A DNA stretch of 64,000 nucleotides from an uncultured Candidatus Saccharibacteria bacterium. GTDB lineage: Bacteria; Patescibacteriota; Minisyncoccia; Phycocordibacterales; UBA5272. Positions 23,702 to 32,250 of the stretch are shown one piece after another. The stretch spans positions 3,234-67,233 of the forward strand of contig CAYXWO010000001.1 of assembly GCA_964468825.1 (NCBI GenBank), read 5' to 3'. Every line of letters begins with the position of its first letter. The stretch's first letter is position 1. The position numbers and the translations under genes are program-made. The notes beneath the pieces were generated by a model. The model saw only the letters and a program-made list of their open reading frames with translations. It was not told where the DNA came from and did no database searches.

Positions 23702-25316
23702 ACTCATAGCAATATATGGGCGTGTCTCAACTTCCAATCAGGAAAATGAAGGGACCATTGAAACACAGCTCTCTGCAGTGAATGATCATGCAGAAAAGAA
23801 TGGCTATGTCATCGTGCAAAAATATATTGATGAAGGATGGAGCGGCGATAATATCGTAAGACCTGCGCTTGATCAGCTTCGCATGGATGCAAAGAAAAAG
23901 AATTGGGAAGCAGTTCTTATATATGATCCGGACAGACTTGCTAGACGTGCTGCGTGGCAAGAGGTTGTAACAGAGGAATTGCATGAGCTAGGTATCGACG
24001 TTCTTTATGTTACTGTACCACAAGCTAAGACTGATGAAGATAAAATCATGTCAAAAATGAGAGGTGTTTTTTCTGAATATGAAAGAATGAAGATCAAGGA
24101 AAGGTTTCGTCTAGGGAAGGTACGTAAGGCGCGAGAAGGTCATATCATTGCAACAGAGGCACCGTATGGATATACATTCATTACAAGGACGACTGAAAGG
24201 CAGGGGTACTATGAAATTAATGAAAAAGAATCTCTCGTCGTACAGAGTATCTTTTCTTGGGTGGGTAATGATGGCCTTACGCTTCGTGGCGTTGTGAGAA
24301 AACTTCAAGAGCTAGGTATTGCTCCGCGTAAAAGTAAGCGTGGTGTATGGAGTACGAGCACACTTAGTAATCTGCTCCGTAACAAAACATACATCGGCGA
24401 AGCTCACTATGGTGCCTCATATGCTGTGGTTCCAGAAAATCCACTTAAAGATGAGAAGTACAAGAAGATCAAGAAAACGAGCAGAAAAAGCAAACCTGAA
24501 AGCGAGTGGATAAAAATGGCATCACCGAAGATCATCGATGAAGAGCTATTTATAAAAGTCCAAGAACGACTCAAATCAAACTTTCAAGCATCAATGCGAA
24601 ATACTAAAAATGAATATCTACTGTCTCATAGAATTTGGTGTCCGTGTGGTTCACGAAGAGCAGGTGAAGGACCTCAACACGGCAAACATCTCTACTATAG
24701 ATGTACAAGTCGTGTAAAAAGCTTTCCAGTTCCTTCTAGCTGTGAAGAAAAGGGTTTAAATGCTAGAATAGTCGATACTGTGGTCTGGCAAAGAATGGTA
24801 GAACTGATGAGTTCACCTAAGCTTATGCTTAAAGAAGCTGAGCGCTGGACTAAAAGTAAAAACAAAACGATAACTGACTTTTCGGTTATCAATATAGAAG
24901 AAGCTAAGAAAGAAATTTCTAAACTCAAAGAGCAAGAAGACCGTTTTGCTAAGGCGTATGGCGCAGGACTCATTACACTTGATAAGTTAGGTGAGTACAC
25001 AGAATCTCTCAAGGAGAAAATTGCGTTACTAGATACTCAGATCACAAAGGCTTTAGACGAGCGGTCCAAAAGAAATGAAGCTCCGCTTCCTGAGATAAGT
25101 GACGTTAAGCAATTCTCTGAGGCAACATCGCACGTGCTCTCTAAGTTAAAGTTTGAGGAAAAGCAGGTAGTCGTTCGAAACACTATTACTAAAATTGTGG
25201 GCACAAGGTCGGAATTATCAATTTATGGTTTTATACCAGTAACATCAAACATCAATGTCTTCTCTCTCCATCGGCATCGTAGGTCTTCCAAACGTGGGCA
25301 AGTCTACACTATTTAA
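23676..25316 (+). CDS. large serine recombinase (integrase)
   Basis: Resolvase catalytic 'IAIYGRVSTSNQ', recombinase domain, Zn-ribbon 'CPCG...YYRCTS', coiled-coil. The last ~20 codons overlap the ychF start. Confidence 0.85.
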   Translation: MEKINQQNKLIAIYGRVSTSNQENEGTIETQLSAVNDHAEKNGYVIVQKYIDEGWSGDNIVRPALDQLRMDAKKKNWEAVLIYDPDRLARRAAWQEVVTEELHELGIDVLYVTVPQAKTDEDKIMSKMRGVFSEYERMKIKERFRLGKVRKAREGHIIATEAPYGYTFITRTTERQGYYEINEKESLVVQSIFSWVGNDGLTLRGVVRKLQELGIAPRKSKRGVWSTSTLSNLLRNKTYIGEAHYGASYAVVPENPLKDEKYKKIKKTSRKSKPESEWIKMASPKIIDEELFIKVQERLKSNFQASMRNTKNEYLLSHRIWCPCGSRRAGEGPQHGKHLYYRCTSRVKSFPVPSSCEEKGLNARIVDTVVWQRMVELMSSPKLMLKEAERWTKSKNKTITDFSVINIEEAKKEISKLKEQEDRFAKAYGAGLITLDKLGEYTESLKEKIALLDTQITKALDERSKRNEAPLPEISDVKQFSEATSHVLSKLKFEEKQVVVRNTITKIVGTRSELSIYGFIPVTSNINVFSLHRHRRSSKRGQVYTI

Positions 25317-26355
25317 TGCAATCACTAAAAAGAGTGTGCCTGCTGATAACTACCCATTCTGTACAATAGACCCTTCCGTTGGTGTGGTTCCCGTGCCCGA
25401 TCCTCGATTAGAAGTTCTTTCTAGAATTTCTAACTCAAAGAAAATTATCCCAGCTATTGTTGAGTTTGTGGATATTGCAGGGCTTGTAAAAGGAGCGTCA
25501 GAAGGGCAAGGTCTTGGGAATCAATTCCTTTCACACATTAGAGAGACTGACGCAATCGCAGAAGTCGTGCGTATCTATGAAAACGCAGACCTCATTCACG
25601 TAGAAGGTACAGTTGACCCACTTCGTGATATCGAGATTATTAATATGGAACTCATCTTGGCTGACATGCAGACCGTGGAGAAGCGCATGCAGACGATAGG
25701 ACGAGATGTTAAGCGAGGGGATAAGGATGCAATTAAGTTACAAGAGATGCTTGAGCGCCTCAAGGTCCAGTTGGAATCTGAGAAGCTTGCTAACAGGCTT
25801 TCATTTACAGAAGACGAGCTTAGGCTTGTGAAAGAACTGCACCTCATCACCATGAAACCGTTTCTTTATGTTCTCAACAAGCAGCACGGAGGGAAGAATC
25901 TCGACGAGATGAATGATGAGAGATTCATCAAACTCATTGCATATTTTAGAGAGAACAAATTTAATTACGTGATAGTGGACGCAAAGATTGAAGACGAGCT
26001 GAAAGAATTCGAAGGAGAAGAGAAGGAGATGATGCGTAAGGAGCTTGGCGCACATGATAACGGAGTAGACGGTCTTATTAAGGAGGGCTACAACCTTCTT
26101 GGACTAGAAACATATCTTACAACAGGGGAGATGGAGACACGTGCGTGGACTGTGAAGCGTGGATCATCTGCGCCTCGTGCTGCCGCTGCAATTCACTCTG
26201 ACTTCGAACAGAAGTTTATCCGAGCAGAAGTCGTCGCATATGAAGATCTTGTGGAGGCAGGCAGCTTCGCACAAGCGAAAGAAAAGGGGAAGCTTCGAAC
26301 TGAAGGGAAAGAATATATTGTTAGAGATGGAGATGTCATTGAATTTAGAATTTGA
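25255..26355 (+). CDS. ychF: ribosome-binding ATPase YchF
   Basis: 'IGIVGLPNVGKSTLFNAIT' and a C-terminal TGS domain. Confidence 0.85.
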   Translation: MSSLSIGIVGLPNVGKSTLFNAITKKSVPADNYPFCTIDPSVGVVPVPDPRLEVLSRISNSKKIIPAIVEFVDIAGLVKGASEGQGLGNQFLSHIRETDAIAEVVRIYENADLIHVEGTVDPLRDIEIINMELILADMQTVEKRMQTIGRDVKRGDKDAIKLQEMLERLKVQLESEKLANRLSFTEDELRLVKELHLITMKPFLYVLNKQHGGKNLDEMNDERFIKLIAYFRENKFNYVIVDAKIEDELKEFEGEEKEMMRKELGAHDNGVDGLIKEGYNLLGLETYLTTGEMETRAWTVKRGSSAPRAAAAIHSDFEQKFIRAEVVAYEDLVEAGSFAQAKEKGKLRTEGKEYIVRDGDVIEFRI

Positions 26356-26535
26356 CAAGGGCGACCGAAGGTCGTTCCCTTTTCAAATTTCAAATTCTAA
26401 GTTCGATGATGTAAATACTTCCCCCTCAAAGAGAAGTTTTTACATAGATAACTTGCGTATCATCCTTACGGTCTTTTATTTAACTAGTTAAGTGATTGAC
26501 AGAAGGGGGGGGTTTTGTTGTTTAATATGAACATT

Positions 26536-26647
26536 CTCGGAGTCGGCTTATGTTGAAGGCCAGCTGCACGCAGTTGCCAGGGGTAGCCCTTGGGGGAACC
26601 TTGCTGAGATCTCGGGCGCGTTGCGAAAGTGACGCGCCCATTTTTTG
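26536..26647 (+). ncRNA. candidate GC-rich small transcript with intrinsic terminator (or 43-aa peptide ORF 26550-26681)
   Basis: TTGACA at 26496 and TAATAT at 26524, then a GC-rich ~100 nt ending in GGGCGCGT-tgcgaaagtg-ACGCGCCC+T6. Confidence 0.2.
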
Positions 26648-26717
26648 TCTCAGCTTTATCTTAACCTTTGTTTTGAAATAAATTCCCTTCAGGTATAGTA
26701 ATAACTAATAACCCTTC

Positions 26718-27299
26718 ATGATAAACAAAGATCTAGAGCTAAAAGACGAGGTTATCGCGAAGAATGTGTGTCTCGGAGATAAAGACGCGTATGGTGTACT
26801 TGTAGAACGCTATGAAGGGAAGCTCTCGAGATATATCAGAAGATTCACGCAGGTTAGCGATGATGCTACTGATATTCTCCAAGTTATTTTTATAAAAGCG
26901 TACACGAATCTTCGAGGCTTTGATACCAACCGCTCATTTAACTCCTGGATATACCGTATCGCTCACAACGAGTGTGTTAATTATTTAAAAAAGAGAAGTG
27001 GAGAGAAGGTGTCGTTTATAGATTTTGACACAATACTACCCCACCTCTTCGCAGACGAAGAGTCTCACACACTGGCCGAGAAAGAGGAGACCAAGAAACT
27101 GTTAGAGTCTTCCCTAAGTGGTATCTCCTCCAAGTATCGAGAAATACTTATCCTTTATTATTATGATGACCTTTCCTACGAGGAAATAGGAGAGGTTCTC
27201 CAGATACCAACATCAACAGTTGGCGTGAGAATAAAGAGGGGGAAAGAAGCTTTACATAAAATATTACTAGACAAAAAGTATCACCATGACAGATCTTAA
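26718..27299 (+). CDS. ECF-type RNA polymerase sigma factor
   Basis: Sigma-70 region 2 ('WIYRIAHNECVNYLKKR') and region 4 HTH ('SYEEIGEVLQIPTSTVGVRIKRG'). Confidence 0.8.
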   Translation: MINKDLELKDEVIAKNVCLGDKDAYGVLVERYEGKLSRYIRRFTQVSDDATDILQVIFIKAYTNLRGFDTNRSFNSWIYRIAHNECVNYLKKRSGEKVSFIDFDTILPHLFADEESHTLAEKEETKKLLESSLSGISSKYREILILYYYDDLSYEEIGEVLQIPTSTVGVRIKRGKEALHKILLDKKYHHDRS

Positions 27300-28062
27300 A
27301 GACAAAATAATTCAAACGCTCTCAAGCGGAGAGATAAAGATGATACCAAAGTGGCGGCTTGTTCTCTATTCTCTAGCAGCCATCCTCTCAGCGCTCTTCC
27401 TCTTCTTGATTGTTGTCTTCTCATTCAGCTTTATCTTTTTCGTCCTGTCGAGGTACGGCTTCATGTATCTTCCGATGTTTGGATTCATGACTACACTCCA
27501 CATGTTAAGTGCAATCCCTCTCCTTCTCTTGCTCTGCACTGTTGCGCTGTTATTTATAATCGAACTCATTTCTCGCAGATATGCGTTTAGTTTTAGGAAG
27601 CCCCTTATCATCACACTTCTAGTTATTACTTCGTCCGCTGTTTTGCTTAGTTTCCTTGTGAGTATTACACCGATGCACGAATATATGCGCGATTACGCTA
27701 GGGAGCATAATATTACGCTTGTCTCAAAGGCGTATAAGAGACCGATTCCACTAGACGATAGACGAGAAATGACGGTCCTTAGAGGAACTGTAATAACAGC
27801 CTCTTCTAGTTTTGTTACTGTCCGTCTTTTCGATGGGGTTGAGGTGATAGCGTATGCTAGTACTACACTAGGAGCACTTGTTCTCCCAGTGGAAAACACA
27901 GATGTTCTCTTGTTCGGTAATTTTGTAAACGGTAATTTTGAAATTACTGAAATAAAGAATGCGCCGAGAATTCCCTTTGAAAAAAGAAAAAGAGAAACAG
28001 AGCGTGCTGATATGAAAAGACTTCCACCAGAAGATGAAATAAATATGTTCAGACAGAGGTAG
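27286..28062 (+). CDS. multi-pass membrane protein, candidate anti-sigma factor (overlaps sigma gene by ATGA)
   Basis: Translationally coupled to the ECF sigma gene. Four or five TM helices. Confidence 0.35.
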   Translation: MTDLKDKIIQTLSSGEIKMIPKWRLVLYSLAAILSALFLFLIVVFSFSFIFFVLSRYGFMYLPMFGFMTTLHMLSAIPLLLLLCTVALLFIIELISRRYAFSFRKPLIITLLVITSSAVLLSFLVSITPMHEYMRDYAREHNITLVSKAYKRPIPLDDRREMTVLRGTVITASSSFVTVRLFDGVEVIAYASTTLGALVLPVENTDVLLFGNFVNGNFEITEIKNAPRIPFEKRKRETERADMKRLPPEDEINMFRQR

Positions 28063-28138
28063 TAATAAGCAAGAAGGGAGAGAATAACATTCGCGCGAAC
28101 TCCCTTCTTATTGAACTCTAACTACGAAGTACATACAT

Positions 28139-28582
28139 ATGAAAAGAACACTAACAAAAAGAGCGCTCCTAGGAGTCGCAACGATTGCAGCAGCCGGAGC
28201 TCTCTCCGCCTCTGCGCTCGGGATGGGGGGAATGATGGGTAATCTCTCAGCAGATGAACTAGCTTCTCGCCACACACAAATGTTTCAAGAGCAAGCTACG
28301 CTTATTGGCGCATCAGTTGATGAAGTGAAGGCTGCTTGGGCAGATGGTAAAAGCATTTCCGTTCTTGCAAAAGAGAAGGGTGTAACTGAAGAGCAGCTTC
28401 AAGCTAAGCTAAAAGCACAGCGTGAAGCTAAGATGAAGACACAGCTACAGAATCTCGTGGCTAAGGGTGTTATCACTCAGGCGCAGGCTGATAAGCGTCT
28501 CACCACAATGCAGACCAAAGCTGTTACCGTAAAAGAAGGCAAGCGCGGCGGTCATGGCATGAAGGGCTTCCTCGGCTTCTAG
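28139..28582 (+). CDS. secreted DUF2680-like protein (YckD-like repeats)
   Basis: Signal peptide and repeated 'VITQAQADKRL' helical motifs. Confidence 0.45.
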   Translation: MKRTLTKRALLGVATIAAAGALSASALGMGGMMGNLSADELASRHTQMFQEQATLIGASVDEVKAAWADGKSISVLAKEKGVTEEQLQAKLKAQREAKMKTQLQNLVAKGVITQAQADKRLTTMQTKAVTVKEGKRGGHGMKGFLGF

Positions 28583-28623
28583 CTCCCTACACAAAACACA
28601 CCATACATACAATCTATCTTCAA

Positions 28624-28655
28624 AAACACCGGAGGGGCTCCGGTGTTTTTGTTTT
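28624..28655 (+). terminator. intrinsic terminator CACCGGAGGGGCTCCGGTG+T
   Basis: Hairpin followed by a T-run. Confidence 0.55.
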
Positions 28656-28716
28656 GCAAAGTTATGAATAAAAAGTTAGAGTGGTCTAGTTCAAAACATT
28701 AAGGAGGTTCTTTGTT

Positions 28717-29340
28717 ATGTCACCAGTAGAAATCCTTTTTCTCGTCCTCGCGGCGTTTTCTGCTTGGATAATTTACACCGTGGTCATTGTGCCACTTGTA
28801 TCACTCAGCAAGAAGATTGCGGATAGCTCCGTTATCAATAACGCAGTTCTGTCGCTTGTGTCCTTCCAATGGAAGTTCGTAGAAGAGATTGAAGAAGAGC
28901 TCTTCTCATCCGTTGACGAAAGGGTGCAGCACACGCTTCGCAGGGTCCTTGGCGAGCACTTTGAAGACAAGAAGTACCGGGTGAGCCTGACTATTCAGAT
29001 GCTCAACGTGCTGATTGTAGGCGGGGTATGCCAGCATAGACAGCTTGCGTATACGCGGAGATCGCTCAAGGAGTGCCCTCATTTCTTCACGAGCTTGCCT
29101 GGCTGGCGGAGACTCACTTGTGAAGAAGAGCTCTCCGAGATATCTTCTTGTGGGGACGAAGAGATAATTAACGTCACTACGAGAATTGGCTTTGGCGGAG
29201 CTGAGATAGTAGTCGTTATGCCGGTCCAAGCGCAGGACTACGGCCCATCTCTTTTCCAGGTCAAAAAAATTCCAGGAGGAGAAAGGGTTCCGCCGAGAGA
29301 AAACGAACAGACGCAGGGGCTAAGCCTCAGCCCCACCTGA
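28717..29340 (+). CDS. hypothetical membrane-anchored protein (207 aa), ~50% GC, strong SD
   Basis: N-terminal TM helix. AAGGAGG SD, unlike host genes. Confidence 0.45.
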   Translation: MSPVEILFLVLAAFSAWIIYTVVIVPLVSLSKKIADSSVINNAVLSLVSFQWKFVEEIEEELFSSVDERVQHTLRRVLGEHFEDKKYRVSLTIQMLNVLIVGGVCQHRQLAYTRRSLKECPHFFTSLPGWRRLTCEEELSEISSCGDEEIINVTTRIGFGGAEIVVVMPVQAQDYGPSLFQVKKIPGGERVPPRENEQTQGLSLSPT

Positions 29341-29387
29341 ACTTTAGAGTCGGTTGACTTTGAGGTAATCTCTCTCCGTCTCCTTCA

Positions 29388-29421
29388 AAGCGCGCAGCAC
29401 TGCTGCGCGCTTTTGTTTTGC
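29388..29421 (+). terminator. intrinsic terminator AAAGCGCGCAGCA-ctg-CTGCGCGCTTTT
   Basis: Hairpin followed by a T-run. Confidence 0.6.
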
Positions 29422-29498
29422 AAAAAGCGTAAGAGGATGTAGTATCTCTACAGGTTCACGTAGGTCGTGGAAAATCATATAGGAAAGGGGTCATACCC

Positions 29499-29732
29499 AT
29501 GACAATACTCTTATGCCAACAACCGCATTGTGCGGGCCCCGACGGCGAGTGCACTTGGGCGTCGGTTTGCCCGAACAAGGTGGGTGAAGCCACTGACCCC
29601 GGAACACTTCCGGTTGTGATGCCGGCGCACATCTGCTTATTTCCCAACTGCCTGGATCGTGCCACTGTCTGCGAACATGGCGTGACATGCACGCTGTGGC
29701 CAAGCAAGCAGTCAGCGGGGCGTGGACAGTAA
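29499..29732 (+). CDS. small Cys-rich protein (77 aa, 8 Cys), ~62% GC
   Basis: Sequence MTILLCQQPHCAGPDGECTWASVCPNK... with a downstream AACGCCA...TGGCGTT terminator. Confidence 0.4.
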   Translation: MTILLCQQPHCAGPDGECTWASVCPNKVGEATDPGTLPVVMPAHICLFPNCLDRATVCEHGVTCTLWPSKQSAGRGQ

Positions 29733-29834
29733 AAACCCGTCGCCGACTGGCACGAGAGAACGCCACTGACAATGGCGTTTTCATTTTGTAAAAATTATCT
29801 AGAATCTCAGACTTCTTTTTGTTATAATCAGAAA

Positions 29835-31775
29835 ATGTCTACACAACCTTTAACTGTTAATCAAATCAGGTCCAAGTTCCTTTCCTACATGCAGTCGAAA
29901 GGTCACGCCGTTGTACCGTCTGCGTCCCTAGTACCTGAGAATGACCCGACCACGCTCTTCACAGGTTCTGGCATGCAGCCGATGCTTCCATATCTTCTCG
30001 GACAGCCTCACCCGCTTGGGAAGCGCATAGCAGACTCCCAGAAGTCATTCCGCTCACAAGACATTGAAGAAGTGGGAGATAACCGTCACACGACATTTTT
30101 TGAAATGCTCGGTAATTGGTCATTCGGTGATTACTTTAAGGAAGAACAAATTATGTGGATGTTTGATTTCTTTGTTAAGGAGTACAAACTCGATCTTCGT
30201 AATTTCTATATTTCTTGTTTTGCGGGAAACGAATCTCTCGGGGTGTCGAGGGACACATTCTCAGCTGAACTTTGGCAGGAACTTTTTAAGAGTCATGGCC
30301 TGATGGTTGGTATTGGAGAAGACCCAGAAAGAGATGGTATCAGGGTAATAGATGATGTTAAGGATCATATTTTTTATTATCCAGAAAAAAAGAATTGGTG
30401 GTCGCGCACTGGTGTGCCAGCTAATATGCCCGAAGGAGAACCAGGAGGACCAGACTCTGAGATGTTTTATGATTTTGATCCAGACCTTTCAAAGAGTATT
30501 CATAAGAACAGTAAGTGGGCTTCAGATATTTGTCACCCGAATTGTGATTGTGGTCGCTTCATGGAAATTGGAAACAACGTGTTCATGCAGTACAAAAAAA
30601 CTACCAATGGTTTTGAAGAACTTCCTCAGATGAATGTGGACCATGGATCAGGTCTTGAGCGTTGGGTTGCTGCTATTAGAAATGACGCTGATATGTTCAA
30701 CATTGATGTGTTCGATAAGGCTCGTGAAGTTCTTAAGACCATATCGGGGGTGGCTTATGTGTCTGACGTTGCGGTTACGTATACTGACCTAAAGAACCCA
30801 ACTTTTGCATATCGTGTTGTGCTTGATCACGTGCGAGCGGCCACCATGCTTATTGGTGATGAGGTTTTACCAGGTAACAAGGACCAGATGTACTTCGTAC
30901 GTCGTCTTATCCGCCGAGCAGTGAGATACGCGAGGAACATGGGTATTCATGAAAACTTTGCTGCAAAAGTTGCGACAACCTTCATTGAATATTATAAAGA
31001 GGAGTACAACAACCTAGAACAAAAGAAAGAAATGATTCTTTCTGAAATAGATAAAGAAGAAACAAAGTTCCGTGTGACCCTCGAAAAGGGGATTAAGCAG
31101 TTTGAAAAAATTGCCCACAAAGATATTTCTGGTGTCGAAGCCTTTGATCTTCTTCAGTCATACGGTTTTCCAATTGAACTAACAGAAGAACTGGCTCTTG
31201 AGAGAGGAATTACAGTAGACCGTGTAGAGTTTGACGAAGAGAAGAAGAGACATTCAGAAGAATCTCGCACAGCATCCGCCGGCAAGTTTAAAGGTGGTCT
31301 CGGTGGTGATGGAGAAATGGAAGTGAAGTTCCATACAGCGACGCATCTTCTTCATGAAGCACTTCGTAAAGTGCTCGGTGACCATGTTCTGCAGAAAGGA
31401 TCTAACATCACAGCAGAGCGGCTACGGTTCGACTTTTCTCATGGTGAGAAAATGACAGATGAACAGAAGGTAGAAGTCGAGAAGATTGTGAACGATGTTA
31501 TCGCACAAGATTTGCCTGTGCATCGTGAGGAGGTGAGATATGATGAGGCGCGTGCTCGTGGTGCAATCGGTGTCTTTGATAACAAGTACACTGACAAAGT
31601 ATCTATTTATACTGTTGGGGCAGAAACAGGAAAACGTGGAGAAGCTAATCTTTTCTCAATGGAATTCTGTGGTGGCCCACATGTTGAACACACAGGAGTG
31701 CTAGGAAAATTTAAGATAGCAAAAGAAGAGGCGGTATCTGCTGGAGTGAGACGTATTAAGGCGGTTCTTGAGTAA
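29835..31775 (+). CDS. alaS: alanine--tRNA ligase (short form lacking C-Ala domain)
   Basis: 'RHTTFFEMLGNWSFGDYFK' catalytic motif and editing-domain HxxxH-like region. 647 aa. Confidence 0.85.
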   Translation: MSTQPLTVNQIRSKFLSYMQSKGHAVVPSASLVPENDPTTLFTGSGMQPMLPYLLGQPHPLGKRIADSQKSFRSQDIEEVGDNRHTTFFEMLGNWSFGDYFKEEQIMWMFDFFVKEYKLDLRNFYISCFAGNESLGVSRDTFSAELWQELFKSHGLMVGIGEDPERDGIRVIDDVKDHIFYYPEKKNWWSRTGVPANMPEGEPGGPDSEMFYDFDPDLSKSIHKNSKWASDICHPNCDCGRFMEIGNNVFMQYKKTTNGFEELPQMNVDHGSGLERWVAAIRNDADMFNIDVFDKAREVLKTISGVAYVSDVAVTYTDLKNPTFAYRVVLDHVRAATMLIGDEVLPGNKDQMYFVRRLIRRAVRYARNMGIHENFAAKVATTFIEYYKEEYNNLEQKKEMILSEIDKEETKFRVTLEKGIKQFEKIAHKDISGVEAFDLLQSYGFPIELTEELALERGITVDRVEFDEEKKRHSEESRTASAGKFKGGLGGDGEMEVKFHTATHLLHEALRKVLGDHVLQKGSNITAERLRFDFSHGEKMTDEQKVEVEKIVNDVIAQDLPVHREEVRYDEARARGAIGVFDNKYTDKVSIYTVGAETGKRGEANLFSMEFCGGPHVEHTGVLGKFKIAKEEAVSAGVRRIKAVLE

Positions 31776-31783
31776 GAAGAAAT

Positions 31784-31820
31784 ACAAAAGAGCGAGGCCG
31801 AGGCTTCGCTCTTTTGTATT
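31784..31820 (+). terminator. intrinsic terminator
   Basis: AGAGCGAGGCC-gag-GCTTCGCTCT followed by a T-run. Confidence 0.55.
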
Positions 31821-31823
31821 TCC

Positions 31824-31856
31824 ACTAGTAACTAGTAACCAGTAACTATATACTGG
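31824..31856 (+). promoter_or_regulatory. tandem heptad repeats AGTAACt AGTAACc AGTAACt + TATACT-6nt-ATG
   Basis: Located upstream of the ORF at 31861. Confidence 0.35.
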
Positions 31857-31860
31857 TCGT

Positions 31861-32250
31861 ATGAATCAAGACGCGTTTCTCACTGTAGCTGTAGGAGACA
31901 CCTCGACACTCATCAATTACATTGTTGATGGGCATATTATCGTGTCTCATATACACCCATTCGGGTACAAGCATATTGAAGCAGAGGAGATGAATATTAC
32001 CGCGGGGTCAAAATTCATGGATGGGATTTTATATACGTACGAATTTATTTCTTTACATGACAGAGTGCCAACCGAAGTACGTCTCATAGCAAAACGTTAT
32101 GCAACGTGGATAGGTGAAGTCATTGAGAAGACTTCTTATTCACAGTTCTATACTAATGGAGTTCCGGTCAGTGTTACACTAGAAGGGATTAAGGACGTTC
32201 CTCTGTCATATGCAAGACATTCGCAAACCATACACTCGTTCAAGGTCTAG
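31861..32250 (+). CDS. hypothetical protein (129 aa)
   Basis: Complete ORF of host composition, with TATACT 6 nt before its ATG. Confidence 0.4.
   Translation: MNQDAFLTVAVGDTSTLINYIVDGHIIVSHIHPFGYKHIEAEEMNITAGSKFMDGILYTYEFISLHDRVPTEVRLIAKRYATWIGEVIEKTSYSQFYTNGVPVSVTLEGIKDVPLSYARHSQTIHSFKV

Larger units (their letters stand above)
10480..25316. mobile_element. integrated element (candidate phage satellite / IME): LSR, Xis, Prim-Pol::RepA, 2x TerS-like, regulator, cargo
   Basis: Gene content listed in findings. The right end is fixed by a large serine recombinase whose 3' end overlaps ychF. The left end is uncertain (anywhere from 9750 to 10690). Confidence 0.5.

Noticed and set aside
25596-26393. 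Antisense or overlapping small ORFs within ychF (25596..25853, 25801..26055, 26159..26491, 26164..26358, 26193..26393)
   Set aside because: They are shadows of a highly conserved gene and have no independent signals.
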